The position numbers were made by a program, and so were the translations under genes. This document shows positions 12,211-24,629 of a stretch of 32,000 bases of DNA, in pieces (position 1 is the stretch's first letter; every line of letters begins with the position of its first letter). The stretch is from Dickeya dadantii NCPPB 898 (GTDB lineage Bacteria > Pseudomonadota > Gammaproteobacteria > Enterobacterales > Enterobacteriaceae), in the NCBI RefSeq assembly GCF_000406145.1, contig NZ_CM001976.1:4027472-4059471 (forward strand), in the 5' to 3' direction. The notes beneath the pieces are model-generated. The model worked only from the letters and a program-made list of their open reading frames with translations. It made no database searches and was not told where the DNA came from.

Positions 12211-12384
12211 TATCCCCGTCATGCTTCAAGCTGCAGGTGCGTTGGCTTTATTACTCGGCCCATCACTGGGCCTCGCCCCTTCGGAACCGCAGCGAGCTGC
12301 GTCGCCGCGTTACAAGACTCATTATGAGTCTTGCCCTGAAGGGTCAACGCGTTTTGTCCTGCGACTCGAATTATTTTGGGTATA
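12211..12384. repeat. ERIC/IRU-like intergenic repeat with an enlarged centre
   Basis: The left arm tatccccgtcatgcttcaagctgcaggtgcgttggc and right arm cctgcgactcgaattattttgggtata are mutually inverted. Both resemble the ERIC arms I recall (TATACCCGTCATACTTCAAGCTGCA.GTGCGTTGGC ... CCTGCAACTCGAATTATTTAGGGTATA). The centre holds a perfect 9-bp stem, caagactca-tta-tgagtcttg. The ~174-bp length exceeds the canonical ~127 bp. Confidence 0.55.
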
Positions 12385-12424
12385 TAAAAAGAGGGAAAAA
12401 CGGGATAAAAATAGGAATTATCTT

Positions 12425-12460
12425 ATGCGGCGCAGAATGGAGAATATTCCAGCGCCGCAT
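12425..12460. repeat. GC-rich inverted repeat / hairpin (9-bp outer stem plus 4-bp inner stem)
   Basis: atgcggcgc (12425-12433) pairs perfectly with gcgccgcat (12452-12460). An inner tgga/tcca stem closes a 6-nt loop. There is no adjacent T-tract on either strand. Confidence 0.6.
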
Positions 12461-12462
12461 GT

Positions 12463-12565
12463 TATCGATCAAAAAACAGCTATCGATCAAAAACAACTAT
12501 CGTTCAAAAACAACTATCGTTCAAAAACGACTAACGATCAGAAACGACTCACGATCAGAGACGGC
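12463..12565. repeat. Tandem array of six ~17-bp units overlapping the cra stop codon
   Basis: Units: tatcgatcaaaaaacagc | tatcgatcaaaaacaac | tatcgttcaaaaacaac | tatcgttcaaaaacgac | taacgatcagaaacgac | tcacgatcagagacggc. The boundaries are 12463, 12481, 12498, 12515, 12532 and 12549. The last unit contains the cra stop and its final three codons. Confidence 0.9.
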
Positions 12566-13559
12566 TTAGAAAACCACGACGGTAGAGATTACGACGAATA
12601 CGGTATAAACCCGGTTTCGGTTTACGCGGCTCATCCAGACTCGCCAGCACCAGCTCCAGCACCCGTTCCGCCACCTCACGATGGCGCTGCGCCACCGCCA
12701 GCACCTGGCATTCCAGGAAATCCAGCAATTCATTATCACCGAATGTGGCGATAGCCAGATTGTTCGGCAGACGTCCACTCTGTCTGAGCGTCACGTCCAT
12801 CACCCCCTGCAACAGCGGGAACGAGGTCGTAAACAACGCCTGCGGCATCGGGTGGGTTTTCAGGTATTCCTCAAACACCGCCGCCGCCGCGCTGCGTTCA
12901 TAGCTGTTGGCGTAGATATAATTCACCTGACGCGGATCTTCCGCCCAGGCGCGTCGGAATCCCTGCTCGCGCAGGAAACTGACCGACAGCTCCGGCAGCG
13001 CGCCAAGATACATCACCGATTCCGCCGGCACCTTGCGCAGCTCCTGCGCCAGCATCTCCGCGTCTTCCATGTCCGCCCCGACCACGCTGGTGAAATGCTC
13101 GCGATCCAACGCCCGATCGAGCGCGATCACCGGCAGCGGATCATTGGCCCAACGCTGGTAAAACGGGTGTTCCGGCGGCAGCGCCGTCGAAACGATAATC
13201 GCATCCACCTGACGCTGCAGCAGATGCTCGATGCAGCGCATCTCGTTATCAGGTTGATCTTCAGAACAGGCGATCAGCAATTGATAGCCGCGCTGACGAG
13301 CCTGGCGCTCCAGATAATTGGCGATACGGGTATAACTGGTGTTTTCCAGGTCCGGAATGACCAGCCCGATGGAGCGGGTGCGTCCGGCACGCAAGCCGGC
13401 TGCGACGGCGTTCGGATGGTAGTTGTGCTCCCTGACCACCGCCATCACTTTCTCAACGGTCTTATCGCTGACACGATATTGCTTCGCCTTGCCATTAATA
13501 ACGTAACTGGCCGTTGTACGCGAAACCCCAGCAAGACGCGCGATTTCATCCAGTTTCAC
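12555..13559 (-). CDS. cra: Cra (FruR), catabolite repressor/activator of the LacI family
   Basis: With a GTG start at 13559 (AAGGGG 6 nt upstream), the protein begins (M)[122 protein letters not shown]. This is essentially identical to E. coli Cra, and the 334-aa length matches. Confidence 0.96.
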   Translation of the reverse strand: MKLDEIARLAGVSRTTASYVINGKAKQYRVSDKTVEKVMAVVREHNYHPNAVAAGLRAGRTRSIGLVIPDLENTSYTRIANYLERQARQRGYQLLIACSEDQPDNEMRCIEHLLQRQVDAIIVSTALPPEHPFYQRWANDPLPVIALDRALDREHFTSVVGADMEDAEMLAQELRKVPAESVMYLGALPELSVSFLREQGFRRAWAEDPRQVNYIYANSYERSAAAAVFEEYLKTHPMPQALFTTSFPLLQGVMDVTLRQSGRLPNNLAIATFGDNELLDFLECQVLAVAQRHREVAERVLELVLASLDEPRKPKPGLYRIRRNLYRRGFLSRL

Positions 13560-13694
13560 TGGCAACCCCTTAATAAGCCGGACAAAAAATAAAGAATGAA
13601 ACGATAACCATGAATTAACCGTGGATATGATACCGATCTAAGCGCAGAAAACACTGACGGGCAACCGCTTTTATTATTTACTTCAATCAGGATC

Positions 13695-13720
13695 AGAAAA
13701 GCCCGGCGTCATGGCCGGGC
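13695..13720 (-). terminator. Rho-independent terminator downstream of ilvH
   Basis: The minus strand reads gcccggc-catgac-gccgggc, a 7-bp all-GC stem followed by ttttctg. It lies about 80 nt after the ilvH stop. Confidence 0.7.
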
Positions 13721-13802
13721 CAGATATTACCATCAGAAAAGCCAGTATTGCTGTATGAAAATCAGCAAACCATCAGACAATCGGCCGAATTTCAGCACGA
13801 CT

Positions 13803-14294
13803 TCAGCGCATGACGCGGTCACCGCGCGATACGCCCACGATACCGGAGCGCGCGACTTCAACAATTTCAGCCACTTCGCGCACGCTGTTGAGAAACGCGT
13901 CCAGCTTCTCGCTGGTGCCCGCCAGCTGAACGGTATACAGCGATGCGGTGACATCGACGATCTGCCCGCGGAAGATTTCCGCGCTGCGCTTGACCTCCTC
14001 ACGGCCGTAACCGGTGGCCTGCAATTTGACCAGCATCAGCTCGCGTTCAACATAAGCACCTTGTCCCAGCTCACTGACCCGCAACACGTCCACCAGCTTA
14101 TGCAGTTGCTTTTCAATCTGTTCCAGCACTTTCTCGTCACCCACCGTCTGGATGGTCATCCGCGACAGGGTCGGGTCGTCCGTCGGGGCGACGGTTAAAC
14201 TTTCAATGTTGTAACCACGTTGAGCAAACAGGCCAATCACGCGCGACAGAGCACCCGATTCGTTCTCCAGCAATACCGACAAAATACGACGCAT
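13803..14294 (-). CDS. ilvH: IlvH, acetolactate synthase III small (regulatory) subunit
   Basis: [73 protein letters not shown]... (163 aa) matches IlvH. The start at 14294 lies 2 nt after the ilvI stop. The track start at 14324 would add 10 unsupported residues. Confidence 0.95.
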   Translation of the reverse strand: MRRILSVLLENESGALSRVIGLFAQRGYNIESLTVAPTDDPTLSRMTIQTVGDEKVLEQIEKQLHKLVDVLRVSELGQGAYVERELMLVKLQATGYGREEVKRSAEIFRGQIVDVTASLYTVQLAGTSEKLDAFLNSVREVAEIVEVARSGIVGVSRGDRVMR

Positions 14295-14296
14295 GA

Positions 14297-16018
14297 TCAG
14301 GTCCTCTCCGTTTTGCTTAACCACATCTCATCCATCCCGCCGCCGCGGATCTGCATCGGATAGACGTGCTCGCTGCTGTCCACCCGCACATCCACGAACA
14401 CCAGACGATTTTTCTGTTCCAGCGCCGCTTTGAGCTTCGGTTCCAGCTCATCCGGAGTATCGATGGTAATGCCGACGTGACCGTAAGCTTCCGCCAGCTT
14501 GACGAAATCCGGCAGGGATTCCATGTAGGAACTGGAGTGGCGCCCGGAATAGATCATGTCCTGCCACTGTTTAACCATGCCGAGGAAACGGTTGTTGAGG
14601 CTGACCACCACAATCGGCAGGTCATACTGCAACGCGGTGGACAATTCCTGAATATTCATCTGGATACTGCCGTCGCCGGTGACGCAGATGACCGTTTCCT
14701 GCGGCAACGCCAGCTTGATGCCGAGCGCGGCAGGCAGGCCGAAGCCCATGGTGCCCAAACCGCCGGAGTTGACCCAACGGCGCGGCTGATCAAACGGATA
14801 ATACAGCGCGGCGAACATCTGGTGCTGCCCCACGTCGGATGCCACGTAAGCTTTGCCTTCCGTCAGACGGTGCAGGGTTTCGATCACCGCCTGCGGTTTG
14901 ATGGCATCGCCATCGGTGTTGTATTTCAGGCACTGACGCGCGCGCCACTGCTCAATGCGCAGCCACCAGTCACGCATCGCGTCAAATTTCTGTTGTACGT
15001 CGCCACCTTGCGCCAGCAGCTCCAGCATCAGGCTGAGCACCTGACGAGCATCGCCGACGATCGGGATATCCGCCGCCACGGTTTTGGAGATGGACGCCGG
15101 GTCGATATCGATATGCAGAATGGTGGCGTTCGGGCAGTACTTAGTCAGGTTATTGGTGGTTCGGTCGTCAAACCGCACCCCGACGGCAAAAATCACATCG
15201 GCGTTGTGCATCGCCATATTGGCTTCGTAGGTGCCGTGCATACCAAGCATACCCAGACTCTGACGATGCGTGCCCGGAAAACCGCCCAGCCCCATCAGCG
15301 AACTGGCCACCGGCAGGTTGAGTTTTTCCGCCAGTTCGCGCAGTTCCTGATGACAATCGGCGTTGATCACCCCGCCACCGCTGTAAATCACCGGACGTTC
15401 GGCGGCCAGCAACGTCTGCAGCGCGCGTTTGATTTGGCCTTTATGTCCCTGCACCGTCGGATTGTAAGAGCGCAGGCTGACCTGATCGGGGTAAGCGTAA
15501 GGCAGTTTTTTGGCCGGGTTGAGAATGTCTTTCGGCAAATCCACCACCACCGGACCGGGGCGGCCGGTAGAGGCGAGATAGAAGGCTTTTTTCAGCACGG
15601 TGGGAATATCTTCGGTCTGTTTGACCAGATAGCTGTGTTTCACCACCGGACGGGAAATCCCCACCATGTCGCATTCCTGAAAGGCGTCATAGCCAATCAG
15701 CGAGGTGGCGACCTGACCGGAAATCACCACCAGCGGAATGGAATCCATATACGCCGTGGCGATGCCGGTAATGGCGTTGGTGGCGCCCGGACCGGAGGTG
15801 ACCAGCACCACGCCCACTTCGCCGGTCGCTCTGGCGTAGCCGTCGGCCATATGTACCGCGCCCTGTTCGTGGCGCACCAGAATGTGTTCTATGCCGCCGA
15901 CGGTGTGCAACGCATCATAAATATCCAGCACCGCGCCGCCCGGATAGCCGAACACATGTTTTACGCCCTGATCGATCAGCGATCGAATCACCATCTCGGC
16001 GCCTGACAACATCTCCAT
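14297..16018 (-). CDS. ilvI: IlvI, acetolactate synthase III large subunit
   Basis: 573-aa ORF beginning [37 protein letters not shown]. Carries the ThDP motif [20 protein letters not shown] lies 7 nt upstream of the ATG. Confidence 0.96.
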   Translation of the reverse strand: MEMLSGAEMVIRSLIDQGVKHVFGYPGGAVLDIYDALHTVGGIEHILVRHEQGAVHMADGYARATGEVGVVLVTSGPGATNAITGIATAYMDSIPLVVISGQVATSLIGYDAFQECDMVGISRPVVKHSYLVKQTEDIPTVLKKAFYLASTGRPGPVVVDLPKDILNPAKKLPYAYPDQVSLRSYNPTVQGHKGQIKRALQTLLAAERPVIYSGGGVINADCHQELRELAEKLNLPVASSLMGLGGFPGTHRQSLGMLGMHGTYEANMAMHNADVIFAVGVRFDDRTTNNLTKYCPNATILHIDIDPASISKTVAADIPIVGDARQVLSLMLELLAQGGDVQQKFDAMRDWWLRIEQWRARQCLKYNTDGDAIKPQAVIETLHRLTEGKAYVASDVGQHQMFAALYYPFDQPRRWVNSGGLGTMGFGLPAALGIKLALPQETVICVTGDGSIQMNIQELSTALQYDLPIVVVSLNNRFLGMVKQWQDMIYSGRHSSSYMESLPDFVKLAEAYGHVGITIDTPDELEPKLKAALEQKNRLVFVDVRVDSSEHVYPMQIRGGGMDEMWLSKTERT

Positions 16019-16031
16019 GGGTTTGCCTCTT

Positions 16032-16063
16032 ATTGTTCAGATAGCGAATTGTTCAGATAGCGA
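16032..16063. repeat. Perfect 2 x 16-bp tandem duplication in the ilvI 5' UTR
   Basis: attgttcagatagcga occurs at 16032-16047 and again at 16048-16063. On the minus strand it reads tcgctatctgaacaat x2, immediately followed by AAGAGGcaaacccATG. Confidence 0.95.
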
Positions 16064-16296
16064 GTCGCTTCTGTATTGACAGGGAACACCCCGTGCTCAT
16101 TGAGACGGTATTCGATGTAGAGAGCAAGGCGTAGATTCGGTTGTTAATCGCACGCCGGCCCCATCGCCAAACACCGCCCGGGTTTTTACATATAACTTAT
16201 TAACATAACGCCGGATTATGAAGCAGGCAAACGCCGCGCCGGAACGGGGAATGACGTGATTATGGTAAATCAACTGTTAAAAGAGAGAGCAGAGAG

Positions 16297-16330
16297 ATAA
16301 AACGCTGGGGAGTGACCACAGCGTTAAAAA
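16297..16330 (-). terminator. Rho-independent terminator for the acyl-CoA ligase gene
   Basis: The minus strand reads tttttaacgctgtggtcactccccagcgttttatctc. The stem aacgctg(t)gg/cc(c)cagcgtt is followed by TTTTAT. It lies about 90-115 nt after the stop at 16416. Confidence 0.6.
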
Positions 16331-16415
16331 ATATCCCGCCGTGGTCAGGCATTACAGAGTGAAATATTGACGATAAAATTGCGTTACGGCGCAACGATTA
16401 CCATCGAAACGACTG

Positions 16416-18221
16416 CTAGTCGGCGTACATGGCTTCGATTTCCAGCTGATAACGCTGATGAATGACCTTCCGGCGGAGTTTTAACGTCGGGGTCAGTTCA
16501 CCTTCTTCCTGGCTGAACGGCGCGGGCAGCAGGGTGAACTTTTTCACCTGTTCAAAACGAGCAAACTCTTTCTGCATGTCGCGCAAGCGCTGTTCGAACA
16601 GCGACAAGATGTGGCTGTGGCGCAGCAGCTCCAGCCGGTCCTGATACCCCAGATTGATCGAACGGGCGTACTCCTCCAGCGCCTCAAAGCAGGGAACGAT
16701 CAACGCGGAGACATACTTGCGGGCGTCGGCGATCACCGCGACCTGCTCAATGAAGCGATCCTGCCCCAACGCGCCTTCCAAATGCTGTGGCGCAATATAT
16801 TTACCGCCCGAGGTTTTCATCAGATCTTTGAGGCGTTCGGTGATGAAAAGGTTACCGTTACCGTCTACGTCGCCCACATCACCAGTTTTAAACCAGCCGT
16901 CTGGCGTGAACGCTGCCTCGGTGTCTTGTGGGCGCTGGTAGTAACCGCGCATCACGGTGGCGCCGCGTACCTGAATTTCATTTTGCTCGCCGATGCGCAC
17001 TTCGATGCCCGACAACGGCGTACCAACCGACCCAAGCCGGTAGTGGTCAGCTTCCCAACAGGACACGGTGGCGCAGGTTTCCGTCAGGCCGTAGCCATAA
17101 ATGATACGGACCCCCATGGCCTGGAAGAAGGCGATGATATTGTCATCCAGACGCGCGCCCGCCGCCGGCAGAAAACGCACCTTTCCCCCCAGCAATTGGC
17201 GCAAACGCGACAACACCAACCGATCGGCAAGGCGATACGTCAACGCGTTCCACACCCCGGCGCGTTTTCCGGCCTGCCGGCGCAAACAGCGCTTATTGCC
17301 TTGTGCGATTCCCCAGTGAAACAACGTGCGACGGTGCCACGGCGCCTGCGCCACCTTCTCATGGATCGCGCTGAACACCTTCTCGTAGAAACGCGGCACT
17401 GCGCACATCACGGTAGGGCTGACCGCCGCCATCGCCTCACGCACCTGATTGGTGTCACGCAGGTACACGTTCTGCGCGCCGCGGTGCATGATAAAGAAAC
17501 TCCAGGCGCGTTCGAAGACATGTGACAGCGGCAGAAAACACAACGAGACGTCCTGTTCGCTGGTCTGCAACCGTTCATCATGCAGCACCAGTTGGGTCGC
17601 CATATTGGCGTAATCCAGCATCACGCCTTTGGGCTCGCCGGTGGTGCCGGAGGTATAGATCAACGTGAACAGATCGCTTAAATCCCGATCGGCCACCCGT
17701 TGGCGCAGCACTGGCTCCCACACCGACAGTTCCGCCTGTTCTTCAAACTCCTGTAGCGATATCGCGATATCACAACCGCGACGGCGAATCTGCTCATCCA
17801 GCAGAATAATGGTGCGCAATTGCGGGCAGCTATCGCGCAGCGACATCAGCAGATCAAACTGCGCCTGTCCGCCGACAAAAACGGTACGAATATCCGCCTC
17901 ATTGAGAATGAACGACGCCTGCGCCGCCGAGCTGGTGGCATAGAGCGGTACGGTAATCGCCCGCAGGTGCAGCAACGCCAGATCCGCCAGCGACCAGTTG
18001 ATAGCATTGTCGGAAAAGATCGCCACCCGTTCCTGAACATCAACGCCCAGCCCCAGCAGGCCGCAGGCGATGCGGCGGATACGCTCGCCCACCTGATGCC
18101 AGTCGAGTTGTTGTTCCTGTTCGGGTGCCCACTCGCGAAATGCCAGCGCGTCAGGGCGCTGAGCAATCTGCTGCTGAATGCGGTGAACCAGATGGTATTG
18201 CGGGAGTGAATTCGTCTTCAT
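16416..18221 (-). CDS. AMP-dependent long-chain acyl-CoA synthetase/ligase (adenylate-forming family)
   Basis: 601-aa ORF with adenylation core motifs IYTSGTTGEPKGVML, YGYGLTETCA, WFKTGDVG and a C-terminal PTLKLRRKV. Confidence 0.85.
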   Translation of the reverse strand: MKTNSLPQYHLVHRIQQQIAQRPDALAFREWAPEQEQQLDWHQVGERIRRIACGLLGLGVDVQERVAIFSDNAINWSLADLALLHLRAITVPLYATSSAAQASFILNEADIRTVFVGGQAQFDLLMSLRDSCPQLRTIILLDEQIRRRGCDIAISLQEFEEQAELSVWEPVLRQRVADRDLSDLFTLIYTSGTTGEPKGVMLDYANMATQLVLHDERLQTSEQDVSLCFLPLSHVFERAWSFFIMHRGAQNVYLRDTNQVREAMAAVSPTVMCAVPRFYEKVFSAIHEKVAQAPWHRRTLFHWGIAQGNKRCLRRQAGKRAGVWNALTYRLADRLVLSRLRQLLGGKVRFLPAAGARLDDNIIAFFQAMGVRIIYGYGLTETCATVSCWEADHYRLGSVGTPLSGIEVRIGEQNEIQVRGATVMRGYYQRPQDTEAAFTPDGWFKTGDVGDVDGNGNLFITERLKDLMKTSGGKYIAPQHLEGALGQDRFIEQVAVIADARKYVSALIVPCFEALEEYARSINLGYQDRLELLRHSHILSLFEQRLRDMQKEFARFEQVKKFTLLPAPFSQEEGELTPTLKLRRKVIHQRYQLEIEAMYAD

Positions 18222-18377
18222 GCGCGTGCGGGCCTGGCAATCTCAAAAATAGGCGGAAAAATCGGGCAGGCAGTCTACCGCGCTCATCAACGTCGTCAAA
18301 GCGCTTTCCGCCGCTTTTCAGCCGGGAATGTGACGGGTAAAACACACCACATACCGCTACCGTATGCGATCCCGAGG

Positions 18378-18406
18378 TTGACATCAATGCGGGAATCAAG
18401 TACCAA
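18378..18406 (+). promoter_or_regulatory. Putative leu operon promoter (TTGACA, 17-nt spacer, TACCAA)
   Basis: A perfect -35 TTGACA at 18378-18383 and a weak -10 at 18401-18406. This would give a leader RNA of roughly 175 nt ending at the attenuator. Read by eye only. Confidence 0.4.
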
Positions 18407-18451
18407 TAAAAGCAGAACTGAACTTTTAATCGATTTGGACAACGAAACAGC

Positions 18452-18535
18452 ATGTTTAACTTCGCTCAGCTACCAGGCCTACTACTAAACGCATCTCACG
18501 TGCGCGGTATGCCGGTGGGCGAAATCCAGAGCTGA
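18452..18535 (+). CDS. leuL: leu operon leader peptide (27 aa, MFNFAQLPGLLLNASHVRGMPVGEIQS)
   Basis: Too short for the ORF track. It has three consecutive CTA Leu codons plus a fourth CTA. The ...GLLLNAS..RG..V.GIQ pattern parallels E. coli LeuL (MTHIVRFIGLLLLNASSLRGRRVSGIQH). It lies directly upstream of a terminator and leuA. Confidence 0.85.
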   Translation: MFNFAQLPGLLLNASHVRGMPVGEIQS

Positions 18536-18555
18536 TTTCACGTCACACCTCATAT

Positions 18556-18588
18556 AAAAAACCCGCGCCGATGCGCGGGTTTTTTTTT
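18556..18588 (+). terminator. leu attenuator (intrinsic terminator)
   Basis: aaaaaacccgcgc-cgat-gcgcgggttttttttt: an 8-bp GC stem, a tetraloop and a T9 run, 21 nt after the leuL stop and 44 nt before the leuA ATG. Confidence 0.9.
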
Positions 18589-18631
18589 ACTCGCCGGGCG
18601 CCCAAGCAAACAGAACAAAGGAACCAGACCG

Positions 18632-22700
<4,069 letters not shown>

Positions 22701-22712
22701 GAGAGGCAATCC

Positions 22713-23315
22713 ATGGCTAAATTTACCCAACATACTGGTTTGGTGGTGCCGCTGGATGCCGCCAACGTCGATACCGATGCCATTATCCCGAAGCAGTTTC
22801 TGCAAAAGGTAACCCGCACCGGTTTCGGTCAGCATCTGTTCCACGACTGGCGTTTTCTGGATGACGCCGGCCAGCAGCCCAACCCGGATTTCGTGCTGAA
22901 CCAGCCGCGTTACAAAGGCGCCAGTATTCTGCTGGCGCGCGAAAACTTCGGCTGCGGTTCTTCCCGCGAGCACGCGCCGTGGGCGCTGACCGACTACGGC
23001 TTCAAGGTGGTGATCGCACCGAGCTTTGCCGATATTTTCTACGGCAACTCGTTCAACAACCAGCTGTTGCCGGTCAAACTGAGCGAATCCGATATCGACG
23101 ACCTGTTCAAACTGGTGGCGAGCCATGAAGGCATCACCTTCACGGTGGATCTGGAAGCGCAGCAGGTTAAAGCGGGTGACAGCACCTACTCGTTTGAGAT
23201 AGACAGCTTCCGCCGTCACTGCATGATCAACGGGTTGGACAGCATCGGTCTGACACTGCAGCACGACGCATCCATCGCCCGCTACGAGCAGCAACAACCG
23301 GTATTCCTGCGTTAA
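22713..23315 (+). CDS. leuD: LeuD, 3-isopropylmalate dehydratase small subunit
   Basis: 200-aa ORF: [39 protein letters not shown]...[15 protein letters not shown]. Confidence 0.97.
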   Translation: MAKFTQHTGLVVPLDAANVDTDAIIPKQFLQKVTRTGFGQHLFHDWRFLDDAGQQPNPDFVLNQPRYKGASILLARENFGCGSSREHAPWALTDYGFKVVIAPSFADIFYGNSFNNQLLPVKLSESDIDDLFKLVASHEGITFTVDLEAQQVKAGDSTYSFEIDSFRRHCMINGLDSIGLTLQHDASIARYEQQQPVFLR

Positions 23316-23358
23316 TTCGGCCTTGCCGTCTTACGGCTTGACGTTTTATCACTCACAC

Positions 23359-23385
23359 AAAGCCCACCTCGGTGGGCTTTTGATT
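23359..23385 (+). terminator. Hairpin terminator after leuD (A-tract upstream and T-tract downstream, so possibly bidirectional)
   Basis: aaagcccac-ctcg-gtgggcttttg: a 9-bp stem including A:T pairs, 44 nt after the leuD stop. Confidence 0.6.
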
Positions 23386-23482
23386 GCAGCCCCTCTTAAG
23401 TGCAAGGTCACGCACGAAACCTCCCACCGATCTGGCATAAACTCGTCAGCAACAAAAACAACACGGTTGTTTGTCAACAACC

Positions 23483-24382
23483 TCAATGAGAACGCGGACC
23501 CCGGCTCCAGTAGGCCATAAAGGTGATGGATTCCTGCGTCATGCCTTTTTCTCCCAGCAGATAACGGCGCAACGCCTTCACTGCTGACGATTCGGCGGCT
23601 ACCCAGCCGAAGAATTGGCCTTGCTGAGCATTTGCCCGTTCCCACATGATTTCGCCATCCGGGATCTCGGCCACCGTTACCGCGCCAGCGTGGATATGCT
23701 CCGGCAGCCGTGCCGACTGACGCGCCGCGTCCAGCAAGCGCTCGCCATAGGTCGCGCCGGTGCCTTCGCGCGGCAGCCAGACCACCTCGGCGAAATCCAG
23801 ATGGCGATAGTCGATGCAATCCGCCTGCAACGGTACTTCGATAAACGCCTGCACCTGCGGCGGGTTATCCTGTTGCGATAACTGTTCCAGAATGCCTTTA
23901 ATCGCCGGTAGCGCGGTTTCATCCCCCATCAGCAGCACCTGACGGGCGTTTTCCGACAGCACCCACTCGTAGCCGCCGTTATCGCCGGCAAAATCGCCGC
24001 GCGGCGCCACCACCTGCAATTCTTCGCCGGGCTGTACGCTCAGCGCCCAGGCCGAAGCCGGGCCTTCTGTGCCGTGTACCACGAATTCCACCACCATTTC
24101 TCCGGCGACGGTATCCAGACTGCGCAGCGTATAGGTGCGGGGAATCGGGCGTTGCTCTTTGGGCATTGCCTGCACCAGCTTATACCACTCCCCGACATCC
24201 GGCAGGCGCGACGGCGTGCCGTCTTCTGCTGGCAGCAACACTTTAATTCGTTGATCCGGCGAGCAGATTTTCATCTTTTTCACCGCTTCGCCACTGAATA
24301 CACAGCACATCAGCGATGGGGTAAGCAACGTCTTGCGGGCCAACGTAACATCAAACACTTTATATTCCTTTACCCCAGCCAT
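23483..24382 (-). CDS. Siderophore-interacting protein / ferric-siderophore reductase (SIP, ViuB/YqjH family)
   Basis: 299-aa ORF with the FAD-binding RxYT motif (PRTYTLRS) and the NAD(P)H-domain block LLMGDETALPAI. A strong Fur box lies in its upstream region. Confidence 0.85.
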   Translation of the reverse strand: MAGVKEYKVFDVTLARKTLLTPSLMCCVFSGEAVKKMKICSPDQRIKVLLPAEDGTPSRLPDVGEWYKLVQAMPKEQRPIPRTYTLRSLDTVAGEMVVEFVVHGTEGPASAWALSVQPGEELQVVAPRGDFAGDNGGYEWVLSENARQVLLMGDETALPAIKGILEQLSQQDNPPQVQAFIEVPLQADCIDYRHLDFAEVVWLPREGTGATYGERLLDAARQSARLPEHIHAGAVTVAEIPDGEIMWERANAQQGQFFGWVAAESSAVKALRRYLLGEKGMTQESITFMAYWSRGPRSH

Positions 24383-24487
24383 AACTCGCCTTTACCTCTC
24401 TGCTTGTGACTCTCCGGCAACGCGCCGCCCGTTGGTACTTGCGCCGATAACGGCCTCAAACCCCGCACAGTTTTATCATTTACTCAC

Positions 24488-24506
24488 GATAATGAGAAAC
24501 ATTATT
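24488..24506. promoter_or_regulatory. Fur box
   Basis: GATAATGAGAAACATTATT matches 16 of 19 positions of the consensus GATAATGATAATCATTATC. It is flanked by further NATWAT-like hexamers (ttatcatttact on the left, tgactcaatttctattctcat on the right). It lies 106 bp upstream of the SIP ATG and 124 bp upstream of the tnaC-like ATG. Confidence 0.8.
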
Positions 24507-24629
24507 GACTCAATTTCTATTCTCATGCCAATCACAACCAACGACCTCCGGATTGCCTGCGGGATCACGGTTTTGTCCATCGCTTTTCGCCTATTCTGAT
24601 CATTCGTATTCACGAGATAAGGAGACCTC

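Noticed and set aside
12463-12565. Possible CRISPR array.
   Set aside because: The repeats are directly contiguous 17-mers with no intervening unique spacers, and no cas genes are nearby. This is a simple tandem repeat.
12221-12754. A 177-aa plus-strand ORF, and the 110-aa ORF at 12237-12569, spanning the alaE-cra spacer with repetitive IDQK/NNYRSK peptide segments.
   Set aside because: They read straight through the ERIC-like element, the GC hairpin and the 17-bp tandem array, then run antisense into cra. The peptide repeats are just translated DNA repeats.
14366-16006. A 546-aa plus-strand ORF antisense to ilvI. Similar long mirror ORFs occur at 9160-10437, 24789-26111, 22251-23297, 28544-29590, 12681-13592, 16611-17525, 6237-7079, 20233-21030 and 3818-4423.
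   Set aside because: Each lies exactly opposite a gene with near-complete identity to a known protein. Their translations are Arg/His/Gly/Gln-rich low-complexity strings with no recognisable motifs. Long stop-free antisense frames are an expected by-product of GC-rich codon usage.
23452-23480. A possible weak terminator for the SIP gene (aaacaac-cgt-gttgttt followed by ttgttg on the minus strand).
   Set aside because: The 7-bp stem is mostly A:T, with a 3-nt loop and an interrupted T-tract. It is too weak to call. The hairpin at 23359-23385 may serve both convergent genes.
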